64,000 nucleotides of DNA from Candidatus Babeliales bacterium (GTDB lineage: Bacteria; Babelota; Babeliae; Babelales; UASB340): assembly GCA_041650475.1 (NCBI GenBank), contig JBAZLD010000004.1, positions 36,044-100,043 of the forward strand, written 5' to 3'. Shown here one piece after another: positions 8,569-18,578 of the stretch. Position numbers and translations under genes: made by a program. A model generated the notes under the pieces. The model was not told the origin of the DNA. It saw only the letters and a list, made by a program, of their open reading frames with translations, and did no database searches. The first letter of the stretch is position 1. Each line of letters starts with the position of its first letter.

Positions 8569-11448
8569 ATGAGTGATACAAATACTAAAAACCCTTATCA
8601 GGATACGTTAAATTTAAGACAAACTGAGTTTGGAATAAGAGCCAATGCCCAAAAAAAAGAACCGGAAATTTTGCAATATTGGAAAAAAGAGGATATTTAC
8701 AATAAAACTTGGGATAAAAATAAAGGCACACAGAAATTTATTTTACATGATGGTCCACCATATTCTAATGGCCATATTCATATGGGACATGTTTTAAATA
8801 AAATATTGAAAGATATTGTTACAAAATTTAGAAGAATGTCTGGTATGCATGCTCCAGTAAAACCTGGGTGGGATTGTCATGGCTTGCCTATAGAATTTGC
8901 AGTTAATAAAGAATTAAAAGATTCTGGTAAAACAGATATTAGCAAAAGTGAATTTAAAAAATATTGTAGAGAGTATGCAAGTAAGTGGATAAATATTCAA
9001 AGAGAAGAATTCAAAGATTTGGGTGTCTTTATGAATTGGGAGAATTTTTATGCAACTATGACCCCAGATTATGAAAGCTATATTTTGAATGCTTTTGCTG
9101 AATTTGTAAAAAAGGGATACATAGAGCGTAAGGGCAAGACTGTGCCGTGGTGCTTTCATTGCAAAACTGTTTTGGCTGCTGCTGAGATTGAATATAAAGA
9201 TAGAAAAGATCCATCAATTTATGTTTTGTTTCCTGTTCCACAAGAACTGGCTAAACAAAAATTTGAAAAAATTTTAAAACAAAATCCTGATTTGGAGGTA
9301 AATTTTTTAGTTTGGACCACTACGCCATGGACCTTGCCTCTTAATAGAGCTGTTGTCTTGAATCCTAAGGCTAAATATGTTTTGTTGAAAAATGATAATA
9401 GGTCTTTTATAGTTGCTGCAGATCTAGCCGACAAAATTTGTGCTACTTTGGGTATAGAAAAAAATATTTTAGCTGAATTTGATTCTCAAGAATTTGAGGG
9501 AACTCAAATTAACCATCCATTTGTAGAAAATTTAAAAATTCCAATTTTGCTTGATAATACAGTTTTGCTTGACGAAGGAACTGCTTGTTTACATTCAGCG
9601 CCAGGATGTGGACCTGAAGATTATATTTTAGGGTTGAAAAATAATTTAGAAATATTTTCACCTTTGTCAGCGGAAGGGCTTTATACAAAAGGTATACAAC
9701 CTGTAGAACTTGAAGATATGTCTATAACAGATGGACAAATTTGGGTTTTGAAAAAACTTACAGAGCTAAACAGACTTTTGCACAAAACATCTATTACACA
9801 CTCATATCCTCATTGTTGGCGATGTCGTAATGGTTTGATGTTCAGGGCAACTGAACAATGGTTTTGTGATCTGAGTAAAAATAATTTAGTAGAATCTAGT
9901 TTAAAAGAAATTGAAAAAATAAAATTTATTCCCGACTGGGGAAAAGATAGATTTAAGGCTTTTATAGGTACAAGAACTGAGTGGTGTATTTCGCGCCAAA
10001 AAATGTGGGGAGTGCCAATAACAGCACTATTGTGTAAAAAATGTGAGCATGCGTTTATTGATTCTGAATTTATAAATAAAATTGCTGAACATGTAAAAAA
10101 TCACGGTATTGAATTTTGGGATGATCTAACTATTGATCAAATGCAAAAATTAAATATTTTGTCTCAAAATTTTTCATGTCAATTTTGCAAAAATAAAGAT
10201 TTGAACGAATTTAAAAAAGAAACAGATATTTTAGATGTTTGGTTTGATTCAGGTGTATCGCATTTTGCTGTTTTGGCAAAAGATTTAGAAAATCTAAAAT
10301 TTCCAGCTGATTTATATTTAGAAGGTTCAGATCAACATAGAGGGTGGTTTCAGAGTTCTTTATTAACTTCAATGATTTTAAATAAAAAAGCCCCAACGGA
10401 TGCATTTTTAACTCACGGATTTACTGTTGATGAAAAGGGTTACAAAATGTCGAAATCTTTAGGGAATGTGATACCACCAGAACAGATTATTTCTAAATTT
10501 AGTCGAGATATTTTAAGACTTTGGGTTGCTAGTTCTGATTATCAAAGTGATATTGCTATTTCAGAAAATATTTTGAAAAATACAGCTGAAGTATACAGAA
10601 AGATTCGTAATACTTGTCGATTTATGATATCAAATCTTTATGATTTTGACGTTGAAAAAGATTCTATGCCATTGGATAAATTATTAAAAATAGATCAATT
10701 TGCTTTTGCAAATTTATATGATTTAAATCAAAAGGTGTTGAATTGTTATAAAGAATATAATTTTACAGGTGTTGTACAAGCTATCAATAATTATTGTGCT
10801 AACGATCTTAGTGCACTTTATTTAGATATAATTAAAGATAGATTATACATAGAAAAAGCAGATGGTATCTTGAGACGTAGTGCACAAACTGTTATGTATA
10901 ATATATTAGATTCTATAACACGGCTAATGGCGCCTGTATTGTCTTTTTTGGCAGAAGAAGTTTCTGATTTTTATCAAAAAGATAAAAAAGAATCTGTGCA
11001 CTTACAAAATTTTGTAGATTTGCACAAAGCTGGATCCTGCAACGACGTAGCCTCGTGCGTAGGTGGGTGGCAAATTTTGTTAGATATGCGTCATGCTGTT
11101 TTAAAGGTGATTGAAGAAAAACGTGTTGCAGGACTTGTAAAACATTCTTTAGAAGCTAAAATTAGAGTCTATTTAGATAATTCAAGTGAGCAAACAAAAG
11201 AAATTAAGAATCTTATAAAAGAGTTAGAATCGAATAAACAAGATTCTAATAAATTTTTTAAAGATTTATTTATAGTCTCACAATTTGAATTTGTAGATTC
11301 TGATAAAAATTTAGAAAAAACAAATTTTAATTGGATTTTTGTTGGTGTTGAACATGCAGATGGTGTAAAATGTCCTAGATGTTGGCAATGGAGCAAGGCT
11401 GATAGTAATAAAGATCTTTGTTTGAGATGTGAAAAAGTATTGGATTAA
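8569..11448 (+). CDS. ileS: Isoleucyl-tRNA synthetase
   Basis: HIGH-type motif PPYSNGHIHMGH, KMSKS, C-terminal Zn-finger CPRCWQW...CLRC. GGAG lies upstream of the ATG. Confidence 0.95.
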   Translation: MSDTNTKNPYQDTLNLRQTEFGIRANAQKKEPEILQYWKKEDIYNKTWDKNKGTQKFILHDGPPYSNGHIHMGHVLNKILKDIVTKFRRMSGMHAPVKPGWDCHGLPIEFAVNKELKDSGKTDISKSEFKKYCREYASKWINIQREEFKDLGVFMNWENFYATMTPDYESYILNAFAEFVKKGYIERKGKTVPWCFHCKTVLAAAEIEYKDRKDPSIYVLFPVPQELAKQKFEKILKQNPDLEVNFLVWTTTPWTLPLNRAVVLNPKAKYVLLKNDNRSFIVAADLADKICATLGIEKNILAEFDSQEFEGTQINHPFVENLKIPILLDNTVLLDEGTACLHSAPGCGPEDYILGLKNNLEIFSPLSAEGLYTKGIQPVELEDMSITDGQIWVLKKLTELNRLLHKTSITHSYPHCWRCRNGLMFRATEQWFCDLSKNNLVESSLKEIEKIKFIPDWGKDRFKAFIGTRTEWCISRQKMWGVPITALLCKKCEHAFIDSEFINKIAEHVKNHGIEFWDDLTIDQMQKLNILSQNFSCQFCKNKDLNEFKKETDILDVWFDSGVSHFAVLAKDLENLKFPADLYLEGSDQHRGWFQSSLLTSMILNKKAPTDAFLTHGFTVDEKGYKMSKSLGNVIPPEQIISKFSRDILRLWVASSDYQSDIAISENILKNTAEVYRKIRNTCRFMISNLYDFDVEKDSMPLDKLLKIDQFAFANLYDLNQKVLNCYKEYNFTGVVQAINNYCANDLSALYLDIIKDRLYIEKADGILRRSAQTVMYNILDSITRLMAPVLSFLAEEVSDFYQKDKKESVHLQNFVDLHKAGSCNDVASCVGGWQILLDMRHAVLKVIEEKRVAGLVKHSLEAKIRVYLDNSSEQTKEIKNLIKELESNKQDSNKFFKDLFIVSQFEFVDSDKNLEKTNFNWIFVGVEHADGVKCPRCWQWSKADSNKDLCLRCEKVLD

Positions 11449-11471
11449 ATTTTTAAAAGATTGGGAATATC

Positions 11472-12176
11472 ATGAATTTTAAAACTAAGTTAATTTTGTT
11501 TTGTACAGTAATTTTTGGTTTAAATTTTTTTACACAAAATATTTTCGCTATGCAACGCAGCAGGGGACGAGAAAACAAAGGTGCTGGAATTTTGCCATAT
11601 GCTGTTATGCAAGATGGTGAAATTTATTTTTTGTTTAATTGTGAGGTTAGAGCCGATAATAAATTATATTGGGGTGCTTTTGTTAATAAATTTGATTCTC
11701 GGTTTGATATTGATTTAAAAGATACTGCAATTAGTTGTTTTAATGATAACATGTCTAGTTTTATTTCAGAAAGATTAACTAAAGATCAGCTTGATGATAA
11801 CAAAAGAATAAGAAACCTGCTAACGGGCTATAAACTTTATTTTGTTAAAATAAATTTAGCTCAATTTACGGATTTATATTTAAGTAATTTTGCACAAATA
11901 TTATTAAAAGAACCAAATACTAATTTTAAGGGTTTTGCATTAATAAGTGTTTTGGATCTTAAAATGGGTATAAATTCTACGAAAAATCGCAATTTAGTAA
12001 ATTTGGATTGCAAAATGGCCTATTTTTTAAATCCCGATAAAAGCTTTAGTTTTGAAAATCAAATTGATTTAGGTGGTTATTTAAGCACTGAATTATCGCA
12101 TCCTAGAAATAAAGGTAAGGTGTTAGAAATTATTCAAAATATAATAATAGAAGAAAGGCAATTGGTAAAAAGATAA
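11472..12176 (+). CDS. Hypothetical secreted protein
   Basis: Signal-like N-terminus (LILFCTVIFGLNFFTQNIFA). No family recognised. Confidence 0.45.
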   Translation: MNFKTKLILFCTVIFGLNFFTQNIFAMQRSRGRENKGAGILPYAVMQDGEIYFLFNCEVRADNKLYWGAFVNKFDSRFDIDLKDTAISCFNDNMSSFISERLTKDQLDDNKRIRNLLTGYKLYFVKINLAQFTDLYLSNFAQILLKEPNTNFKGFALISVLDLKMGINSTKNRNLVNLDCKMAYFLNPDKSFSFENQIDLGGYLSTELSHPRNKGKVLEIIQNIIIEERQLVKR

Positions 12177-12192
12177 TAAAGTAGAGTATGCA

Positions 12193-14298
12193 ATGAAAAA
12201 AATATTTTTTATTTTTATTTTAATAATATTTGTAGGATGCAATTTTGTAAAAAGTGAAAGAGACATGAATATAAATAATTTAGAAAAATTGGCAGTTGGC
12301 AAGTTTGATAATTTATCTGATTTTATAAATATTTTTCCACAAAATATTCAAGAAGTAGAAATTAGAACTAATTATGCAATTGAAACAGCAAAAAAAGATC
12401 TTTTTAAACTTTTGCAAATTGCACCCGAAGATAGAAATTTTGAAAATACAATAAAAGCTTTGGATGATATTGAAGCAAAATTTGGTATTTTATCTACACC
12501 CATAAGTGTCATAGAAATGGTAAGTCCTGATGAAAATATGATAAAAGCTTGTCATCAGGCTTTGTTAAAGTTACAGGAATTTGCAGTTGATGCTTTTTGC
12601 AATAAAGAAATTTATAAAGCATTTAAAGATTATTTAGAACATAATAAAAATAAAGAAAGATTAAATGCAGAAGAAGAATACTTTATTCAAGAATCAATGA
12701 AGAGTTTCGTAAGAAACGGTTTTGATTTGCCTGATGATAAATTTTTGCAAATAAAAGATCTGAAAAAACAAATAGATAAAGCTAAACTTAAATTTAATCA
12801 AAATATTAATATTGATAAAAGTAAGATAATTGTTAAAAGAGAAGCTCTTGATGGCTTGAATGATCATTTTGTTAATAATCTAAAAAAAAATGAAAATGGT
12901 GATTATATTTTGGGTTGCGATTACCCAACATATTTTGAAGTTATGGAAAATTGCAACACACAAGATACTAGAAAAAAATTATATTTTGCATTTATGAATA
13001 GAGCGTACCCACAAAATATAGATTTGCTAAACGAAATAATAAATAAAAGAGAAAATTTAGCGCACCAAGTTGGTTTTGCTAGTTTTGCTGATTTAGACCT
13101 TGATTCTGAAATGGTAAAAAAAACAGAAGTTGCAGAAAATTTTTTGATAGATTTAGTGCAAAAATCTGAAAAAAAATATAATTATGAATTTGAAGACTTA
13201 GCGAAGACTTTGCCTCAAGATATAAATTTATATAAAAATAATAAATTTTATGATTTTGATTTTTGGTATATAAAAAATTGTTATAAAAAACAAAATTTTG
13301 ATATAGATGAAAATAAAATAGCAGAATATTTTCCTGTAAATAATACGCTTAATAAAATATTTGAAATTTATCAGAAATTTTTAAATTTGAGTTTTAGAAC
13401 TGTTTCAAATAATAATCTTTGGCATAAAGATGTAAAAACAATAGAAGTTTATAATAAAGAAAATTCTAAATTGCTTGGAGTTTTATTTTTAGATCTTTAT
13501 CCAAGAGAAAATAAATATTCTCATGCTTGCATGTGTTCTGTAGCACCTGGAATAGAGTATAAAGATAAAAATGGTCAAATTATAGAAAAACCTGCGGTAA
13601 TAGTAATTATTGCAAATTTTCCTAAAGAAACAAAAGAAAAGCCTGCATTATTAAAACATAGAGATGTTGAAACTTTTTTCCACGAATTTGGGCATGCAAT
13701 GCACGATTTATTAGGGCGTACTGAACTTTCTTCATTTGCTGGCACGAATGTAAAACGTGACTTTGTTGAGATGCCTTCCCAAATGTTCGAAGAGTGGTTG
13801 TGGGATAAAGATATTTTGAAGATGGTAAGTTGTCATTATAAAACTGGTGAAAGTTTGTCAGATGACCTGATAGACAAAATGTTAAAACTTAAAGTTTTTG
13901 ATTATGGCTATTTTGTAACTAGACAATGCTGTTTGTCTTTATTAGCATTAAATTATTATAAAGACGGCCAAAATAAAGATATTGAAAAAATAAAAGAAAA
14001 ATTGCATAACAAATATATTACTCATATTAAATTTGAGCCGGACACACATTTTCAAGCACATTTTGGGCATTTAACAGGTTATGGCGCTAAGTATTACAGT
14101 TATATGTGGTCAAAAGTATTCGCCTTAGATCTTTTTGAACAAATAAAAAAAGAAGGGCTTTTAAATCCTGAAATTGGTCAAAAATTAATTAAAGAAGTTT
14201 TGAGTAAGGGTGGAAGCTGTGATCCTAATATTTTGTTAAAAAATTTCTTGGGGAGAGAGCCTAAGCAAGATGCTTTTATAAAACATTTAGAAATTTGA
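12193..14298 (+). CDS. M3-family zinc metallopeptidase (oligopeptidase A / Dcp-like) with lipobox-like N-terminus
   Basis: HEFGH zinc motif in FFHEFGHAMHDL, downstream EMPSQMFE. N-terminus MKKIFFIFILIIFVGC. Confidence 0.85.
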   Translation: MKKIFFIFILIIFVGCNFVKSERDMNINNLEKLAVGKFDNLSDFINIFPQNIQEVEIRTNYAIETAKKDLFKLLQIAPEDRNFENTIKALDDIEAKFGILSTPISVIEMVSPDENMIKACHQALLKLQEFAVDAFCNKEIYKAFKDYLEHNKNKERLNAEEEYFIQESMKSFVRNGFDLPDDKFLQIKDLKKQIDKAKLKFNQNINIDKSKIIVKREALDGLNDHFVNNLKKNENGDYILGCDYPTYFEVMENCNTQDTRKKLYFAFMNRAYPQNIDLLNEIINKRENLAHQVGFASFADLDLDSEMVKKTEVAENFLIDLVQKSEKKYNYEFEDLAKTLPQDINLYKNNKFYDFDFWYIKNCYKKQNFDIDENKIAEYFPVNNTLNKIFEIYQKFLNLSFRTVSNNNLWHKDVKTIEVYNKENSKLLGVLFLDLYPRENKYSHACMCSVAPGIEYKDKNGQIIEKPAVIVIIANFPKETKEKPALLKHRDVETFFHEFGHAMHDLLGRTELSSFAGTNVKRDFVEMPSQMFEEWLWDKDILKMVSCHYKTGESLSDDLIDKMLKLKVFDYGYFVTRQCCLSLLALNYYKDGQNKDIEKIKEKLHNKYITHIKFEPDTHFQAHFGHLTGYGAKYYSYMWSKVFALDLFEQIKKEGLLNPEIGQKLIKEVLSKGGSCDPNILLKNFLGREPKQDAFIKHLEI

Positions 14299-14308
14299 AA
14301 TAAAAAAA

Positions 14309-14340
14309 ATGTGCAGGGTAACACCCTGCACATTTTTTTT
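14309..14340. terminator. Bidirectional intrinsic terminator
   Basis: atgtgcagggt-aac-accctgcacat hairpin, flanked by an A-run upstream and a T-run downstream. Sits between convergent genes. Confidence 0.8.
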
Positions 14341-14352
14341 ATTTATTAATTG

Positions 14353-14526
14353 TTATTTGCAGTTACAAGTATTACATTTGCAATTATCTTTGTGATTATT
14401 GTTCTTTTTATCACACTTGCACGGTTTGCTATTACAACTAGGACATTTGCCAGATTCTTTATTATTGTTTTTTTTGCATTTACAAAGTTTTGCTTTTATA
14501 TTTTCAATTGATTTTTTGAAATCCAT
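14353..14526 (-). CDS. 57-aa cysteine-rich (CxC) small protein, metallothionein-like; not in ORF track
   Basis: Hand translation: MDFKKSIENIKAKLCKCKKNNNKESGKCPSCNSKPCKCDKKNNNHKDNCKCNTCNCK. AAGGGAAG lies 7-12 nt upstream of the ATG. The terminator follows directly. Overlaps the 3' end of 14504..14725 in another frame. Confidence 0.45.
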   Translation of the reverse strand: MDFKKSIENIKAKLCKCKKNNNKESGKCPSCNSKPCKCDKKNNNHKDNCKCNTCNCK

Positions 14527-14725
14527 AAACTTCTTCCCTTTTTGATTTATTAAAGTATTTTGGGGTTGATACCTTCATAATTTTATTGCATTTTTGTGAA
14601 ACTGTACCCGTACGTAATTTTTCTTTCAGATTTTTTGTATTACTTGTATAAAAAAAGGTAAAGATTAAAATACAAATTAATACCGGGCTAATTAAAATAA
14701 TACTTAGCTTCTTTTCGCATATCAT
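14504..14725 (-). CDS. Small membrane-anchored hypothetical protein
   Basis: GGGAG lies 6 nt upstream of the ATG. Has one TM-like segment (LSIILISPVLICILIFTFFY). May be the N-terminal part of a frameshifted gene continuing into 14353..14526. Confidence 0.45.
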   Translation of the reverse strand: MICEKKLSIILISPVLICILIFTFFYTSNTKNLKEKLRTGTVSQKCNKIMKVSTPKYFNKSKREEVYGFQKIN

Positions 14726-14944
14726 GAGTTTCTCCCTTTTTTAGTACAAATATAAAATTAGTTTGACTTATTTTTGCTTTAAAAGTCAATAAATTTATGT
14801 AATTTGTACCAAATAATTAAATTTTTTTATTATTTTTAATAAAAATTTTTACTATTATTTACATATTGTAAATAATATATTACAATATTTTTGTTGTAAA
14901 AATAAATAGTTATTTAATGATTTTTTAAAAAAAGAAAGAGTTTT

Positions 14945-15598
14945 ATGATATTTTTAAATAAAATAAAGAAAAGTGTGTTTTTCTTAGCATGTTTTTCAGG
15001 TTTTTTGAGCTTAAATTGTATGGAATCAAATGTAAATTCTCAAGACTTTGATTCTTATGTTCGCCATATAAAGATGGTATCACAGAAACTTGAAATAGCT
15101 AATAAATTGCATATTGAATTAGTAATAAATAAAGAATTTAACAAGAATACAGTCCCGTGGCTAAATAACATAGAAAAACTCAATGAACTTTATAAAATGG
15201 TTGCAGGAATTCAGTTTGATTGTTCTTGCATGCTGCAATATTCTAGATGTTTGAATCTTTGTAAATCAGAAAATGATTTAATAGAATCTAATATGAAGAA
15301 CTTTGAGCGTATTAGAGATAGGACTAGAGCTACTAGAGATAAGATAGAAAGATCATCTTTTATAAAAATGTATGAGATGTTAGAATTTATAAAAAAACGT
15401 AAAGATTTAAAATTTAAACGCGAAGGTATGGAGTATCTTGAATCTATGCTTGAATTATTTAAAAGCGAGTATGATAGAAATTTAAATGAGCAATGTGACC
15501 AGTATGGTCTATTTGGGCGTCATACGCTAAACGATTTGTATGATTTATATAAAGAAGTTGAATCTTTATTTTATCTTGTTCGTAACAATTTAGTTTAA
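14945..15598 (+). CDS. Hypothetical secreted protein
   Basis: Signal-like N-terminus (SVFFLACFSGFLSLNC). No family recognised. Confidence 0.45.
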   Translation: MIFLNKIKKSVFFLACFSGFLSLNCMESNVNSQDFDSYVRHIKMVSQKLEIANKLHIELVINKEFNKNTVPWLNNIEKLNELYKMVAGIQFDCSCMLQYSRCLNLCKSENDLIESNMKNFERIRDRTRATRDKIERSSFIKMYEMLEFIKKRKDLKFKREGMEYLESMLELFKSEYDRNLNEQCDQYGLFGRHTLNDLYDLYKEVESLFYLVRNNLV

Positions 15599-15616
15599 TA
15601 ATTTTCTATAATTTGT

Positions 15617-15660
15617 AAAAATAGGCTTTGCAATTTTTGCAAAGCCTATTTTTGTTTTTA
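15617..15660. terminator. Bidirectional intrinsic terminator
   Basis: aaaataggctttgcaa-ttt-ttgcaaagcctatttt hairpin with flanking A- and T-runs. Sits between convergent genes, including dnaK. Confidence 0.8.
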
Positions 15661-15669
15661 TCTTTGAAC

Positions 15670-17586
15670 TTATTCTGTATCAACGTCAATTGGTCCTGTG
15701 TCTTTTTTATCTGATTCTGAATTATTATTTTGATTAGAAGAAGTTTGTTCACCGGCAGCTCCGGCTTGTTTATTTTGCTGCTCTTTATAAATTATCTCTG
15801 CAATTTTATGGGAAGCTTGCATTAACTCATCTGAAGCTTTTTGTAGTGCATCAGTATCATTTGCTTGATCTTTAAGAACAGCTTTTGCTTGTTCAATAGC
15901 CTTTTCGACATTATTAATTTCTGCAATTGGCAATTTATCTTTGTTTTCTTTTATGGACTTTTCAATACTTAAAATCATATTGTCTAAATTATTTCGCTTT
16001 TCTACAACTTCTTTTAATTTTCTGTCTTCATCTTCATGTTTTTGCGCTTCTTTTACTAAATTTTCAATATCTTGTTTTGAAAGTCCGGAAGAATCTGTAA
16101 TTGTAATATGTTGCTCTTTTCCGGTACCTTTATCTTTAGCAGTTACATGTACAATTCCATTTGCGTCTATATCAAAAATAACTTCTATTTGAGGTACGCC
16201 ACGTGGTGCTGATGGAATTCCATCGAGTCTAAATCTGCCAAGAGTCTTGTTATCTCTTGCAAATTCTCGCTCACCTTGAACAACATGAATATCTACTGCA
16301 GTTTGATTATCTTCTGCAGTTGAAAATACCTGTGATTTTTTTGCAGGAATAGTAGTGTTACGCTCAATCAACCTTGTTGCAATACCACCAAGAGTCTCTA
16401 TTCCAAGAGAAAGTGGGGTAACATCTAATAATAAAACATCTGTTACTTCGCCGGCTAAAACACCACCTTGAATTGCGGCACCAATAGCAACAACTTCATC
16501 TGGATTTACGCTCTTGTTTGGTTCTTTTCCAAAGAAATTTTTAACTAACTCTTGTACCTTTGGCATTCTAGTTGAACCACCAACTAAAACTACCTCATCA
16601 ATTTGACTCTTTTCTAATTTTGCATCTTTCAATGCTATTTTGCAAGGTTCAAAAAGTCTTTCGAAAATATCCTGGCAAAGATTTTCTAATTTTGCTTTTG
16701 AAAGTTTTGTTACTAAATGCTTAGGACCAGTTGCATCTGCGGTGATGTATGGAAGATTTATCTCTGTTTCTGATACAGAAGAAAGTTCTATCTTTGCTTT
16801 TTCAGCGGCTTCTTTTAAACGTTGTAAAGCCATCTTATCGTTTTTGAGATCGATATTATGCTCTTTTTTAAATTCATCAACTAAATATTTTATTACTTTT
16901 TCATCAATATTATCACCACCTAATAGAGTATCACCGTTTGTTGATTTTACTTCAACAACACCGTCACCAACTTCTAGGATTGAAATATCAAAAGTTCCTC
17001 CACCAAAGTCAAATACTGCAATTGTTTCATTATGTTTTTTATCAAGACCATACGCAAGAGCAGCAGCGGTTGGCTCATTTATAATTCTTTTAACATCTAA
17101 ACCGGCAATTTTTCCAGCATCCTTTGTTGCCTGTCTTTGGGCGTCATTGAAATAAGCTGGAACGGTAATTACCGCTTCTGTTACCGTCTCACCAAGAAAA
17201 TCTTCTGCTGCCTTTTTTAATTTTTGTAAAACTGCAGCTGAAATTTCTTGAGGTGTATATTCTTTGCCTTTTAAATTAAAAACAACGTCACCACCTTTAC
17301 CGGCCATTATTTTATAGGGAACGTGGTCATATTCTTCTTTTTTTAAAGTATTAAATTTTCTGCCTATAAATCTTTTAGACGAAAAAATTGTATTTTCTGG
17401 ATTTGTAACGGCTTGTCTTTTTGCCACAGAACCTACTAAACGCTGGTCATCTTTTGTGTAAGCTACTATAGAAGGAGTGGAGTTATGTCCCTCTTGATTG
17501 GGGATAACTTTTGCTGTGCCTCCCTCCATACAAGCAACTACTGAATTTGTAGTTCCTAAGTCTATACCTATAATTTTTTTTGCCAT
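15670..17586 (-). CDS. dnaK: Molecular chaperone DnaK (Hsp70)
   Basis: [29 protein letters not shown]. The ORF track starts at a GTG (17598). GGAG (17593-17596 on the - strand) favours the ATG at 17586 (MAKKIIGID). Confidence 0.97.
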   Translation of the reverse strand: MAKKIIGIDLGTTNSVVACMEGGTAKVIPNQEGHNSTPSIVAYTKDDQRLVGSVAKRQAVTNPENTIFSSKRFIGRKFNTLKKEEYDHVPYKIMAGKGGDVVFNLKGKEYTPQEISAAVLQKLKKAAEDFLGETVTEAVITVPAYFNDAQRQATKDAGKIAGLDVKRIINEPTAAALAYGLDKKHNETIAVFDFGGGTFDISILEVGDGVVEVKSTNGDTLLGGDNIDEKVIKYLVDEFKKEHNIDLKNDKMALQRLKEAAEKAKIELSSVSETEINLPYITADATGPKHLVTKLSKAKLENLCQDIFERLFEPCKIALKDAKLEKSQIDEVVLVGGSTRMPKVQELVKNFFGKEPNKSVNPDEVVAIGAAIQGGVLAGEVTDVLLLDVTPLSLGIETLGGIATRLIERNTTIPAKKSQVFSTAEDNQTAVDIHVVQGEREFARDNKTLGRFRLDGIPSAPRGVPQIEVIFDIDANGIVHVTAKDKGTGKEQHITITDSSGLSKQDIENLVKEAQKHEDEDRKLKEVVEKRNNLDNMILSIEKSIKENKDKLPIAEINNVEKAIEQAKAVLKDQANDTDALQKASDELMQASHKIAEIIYKEQQNKQAGAAGEQTSSNQNNNSESDKKDTGPIDVDTE

Positions 17587-17879
17587 AAATTTCTCCACAA
17601 ATTATATTATTAACTTGATTATTACCTAATAATACTATTTTTTACAAATTTTATCATAATTTTATTATGTAAAGTAATTTTAGTCTATCAATGTAGGTAC
17701 GTCAAGTAAATATTTAGAAAATCTTAGTCTTATGGACTCATATTTTTGTTGCCACAATTACCTGGCGAGAGGAAAAAGCAGGGTTTATGTCGCGTAATTA
17801 AATCTTATGTTAAAAAACTAATATTTTTTGCTACCGAAACTATGAAAAATCTACTATTGAAATTTTAAAAAAAGCCTTT

Positions 17880-18060
17880 TTACACACTCCGTCCGCACCC
17901 TCCAGCCTTTTACTACGAAGTTTGAAAGAAAAAAAATGAGGCTAGATAGAATAAATGGAGGTTTTGAACGGGGCTGGGGGCTTTGACTACGTTTGCCGGA
18001 GAGTTTAGCAGGAAGTTTTTGGGTGGGGGAAAGTGGGGGGGGAGGGGATATGTATCTGTA
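17880..18060. other. GC-rich / G-run island of unknown function (candidate structured RNA or gene relic)
   Basis: Local GC is far above background. Contains GGGTGGGGGAAAGTGGGGGGGGAGGGG (18021-18047) and the near-repeat AGCCTTTTACTACGAAGTTTG / GGCTTTGACTACGTTTG. Only a compositionally odd 82-aa ORF overlaps it. Confidence 0.3.
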
Positions 18061-18140
18061 GTATGTAGGGCGAGTATATATAAACGCATATATACACAAC
18101 ATGTAAATATTAGATCTCTATTATAATAATTTTTATATAT

Positions 18141-18183
18141 TAGATTACATATGTTTATGTTTTAGATTACACATGTTTAGGTT
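18141..18183. repeat. Tandem ~22-bp AT-rich repeat, 2 copies
   Basis: tagattacatatgtttatgttt followed by tagattacacatgtttaggtt. Confidence 0.8.
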
Positions 18184-18222
18184 ATATATAGGTTATATAT
18201 ATGTATATATGATTAATTAATT

Positions 18223-18256
18223 ATGATTAATATAGTTATATGATTAATATAGTTAT
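18223..18256. repeat. Perfect 17-bp tandem repeat, 2 copies
   Basis: atgattaatatagttat twice in direct succession. Confidence 0.9.
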
Positions 18257-18284
18257 TTGTGTACTTATGTTTACTAACAAAAAC

Positions 18285-18330
18285 TAGCAGCAACCCTACG
18301 CCTATATATACAAGGCTACGGGAGCTGCTA
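18285..18330. repeat. Imperfect GC-rich hairpin carrying blocks shared with the ileS island
   Basis: tagcagcaaccctacgcc-tatatataca-aggctacgggagctgcta. Its - strand contains CGTAGCCTTGT and GCGTAGG, both also present at 11056-11073. Confidence 0.5.
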
Positions 18331-18578
18331 ACTTATAAATTAAAATAAAAGATAAAAACAAAATATTTAAAGAGATACCTAATAAGAAATAAATCATTAA
18401 ATAAACCAATAAACGATAAATTAAAATTTTAAAAAATTGAACCAATAAACGTTTTTAAATTTCTTAATTTTTAAAATCAAATAAAAATATAATTTAAAAA
18501 AATTAATATTTCTAAAATCTTTCTTTTAATAAAGAGATAAAATAGTCTAGAAAAACGAAAATGGGCTAAAAAGGGTAT

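Noticed and set aside
16640-17155. 171-aa + strand ORF antisense to dnaK. Similar antisense ORFs occur at 456..683, 3352..3546, 8914..9434, 15941..16192, 18942..19283, 19578..19901, 33636..33890, 43868..44239, 44886..45137, 50247..50447, 51242..51424 and 62092..62349.
   Set aside because: These are shadow ORFs fully embedded opposite well-supported genes. They have low-complexity or odd composition and no SD.
17599-17860. Searched the dnaK upstream region for a CIRCE element (TTAGCACTC-N9-GAGTGCTAA) or a sigma-32-type promoter.
   Set aside because: Only a 4-bp palindrome (AGTC-ttatg-GACT) and a generic TTGTAA-N17-TAATAAT match were seen. Such matches are expected by chance in AT-rich DNA.
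17969-17996. GGGGCTGGGGGCTTTGACTACGTTTGCC resembles the 5' end of tmRNA (GGGGCUG...GGAUUCGAC).
   Set aside because: I found no T-arm (GGTTCGA-like) or matching CAGCxCC-ACCA 3' strand on either side, in standard or permuted order. There is also no tag ORF ending in Ala-Ala plus a stop. It is kept only as part of the unexplained GC island.
17854-18102. 82-aa minus-strand ORF rich in Pro/Ser (ISPPPPLSPTQK...).
   Set aside because: It has no SD and no signal or domain. The reading frame is a by-product of the G-run island. At most it is a relic of a Pro-rich linker from an LRR paralog.
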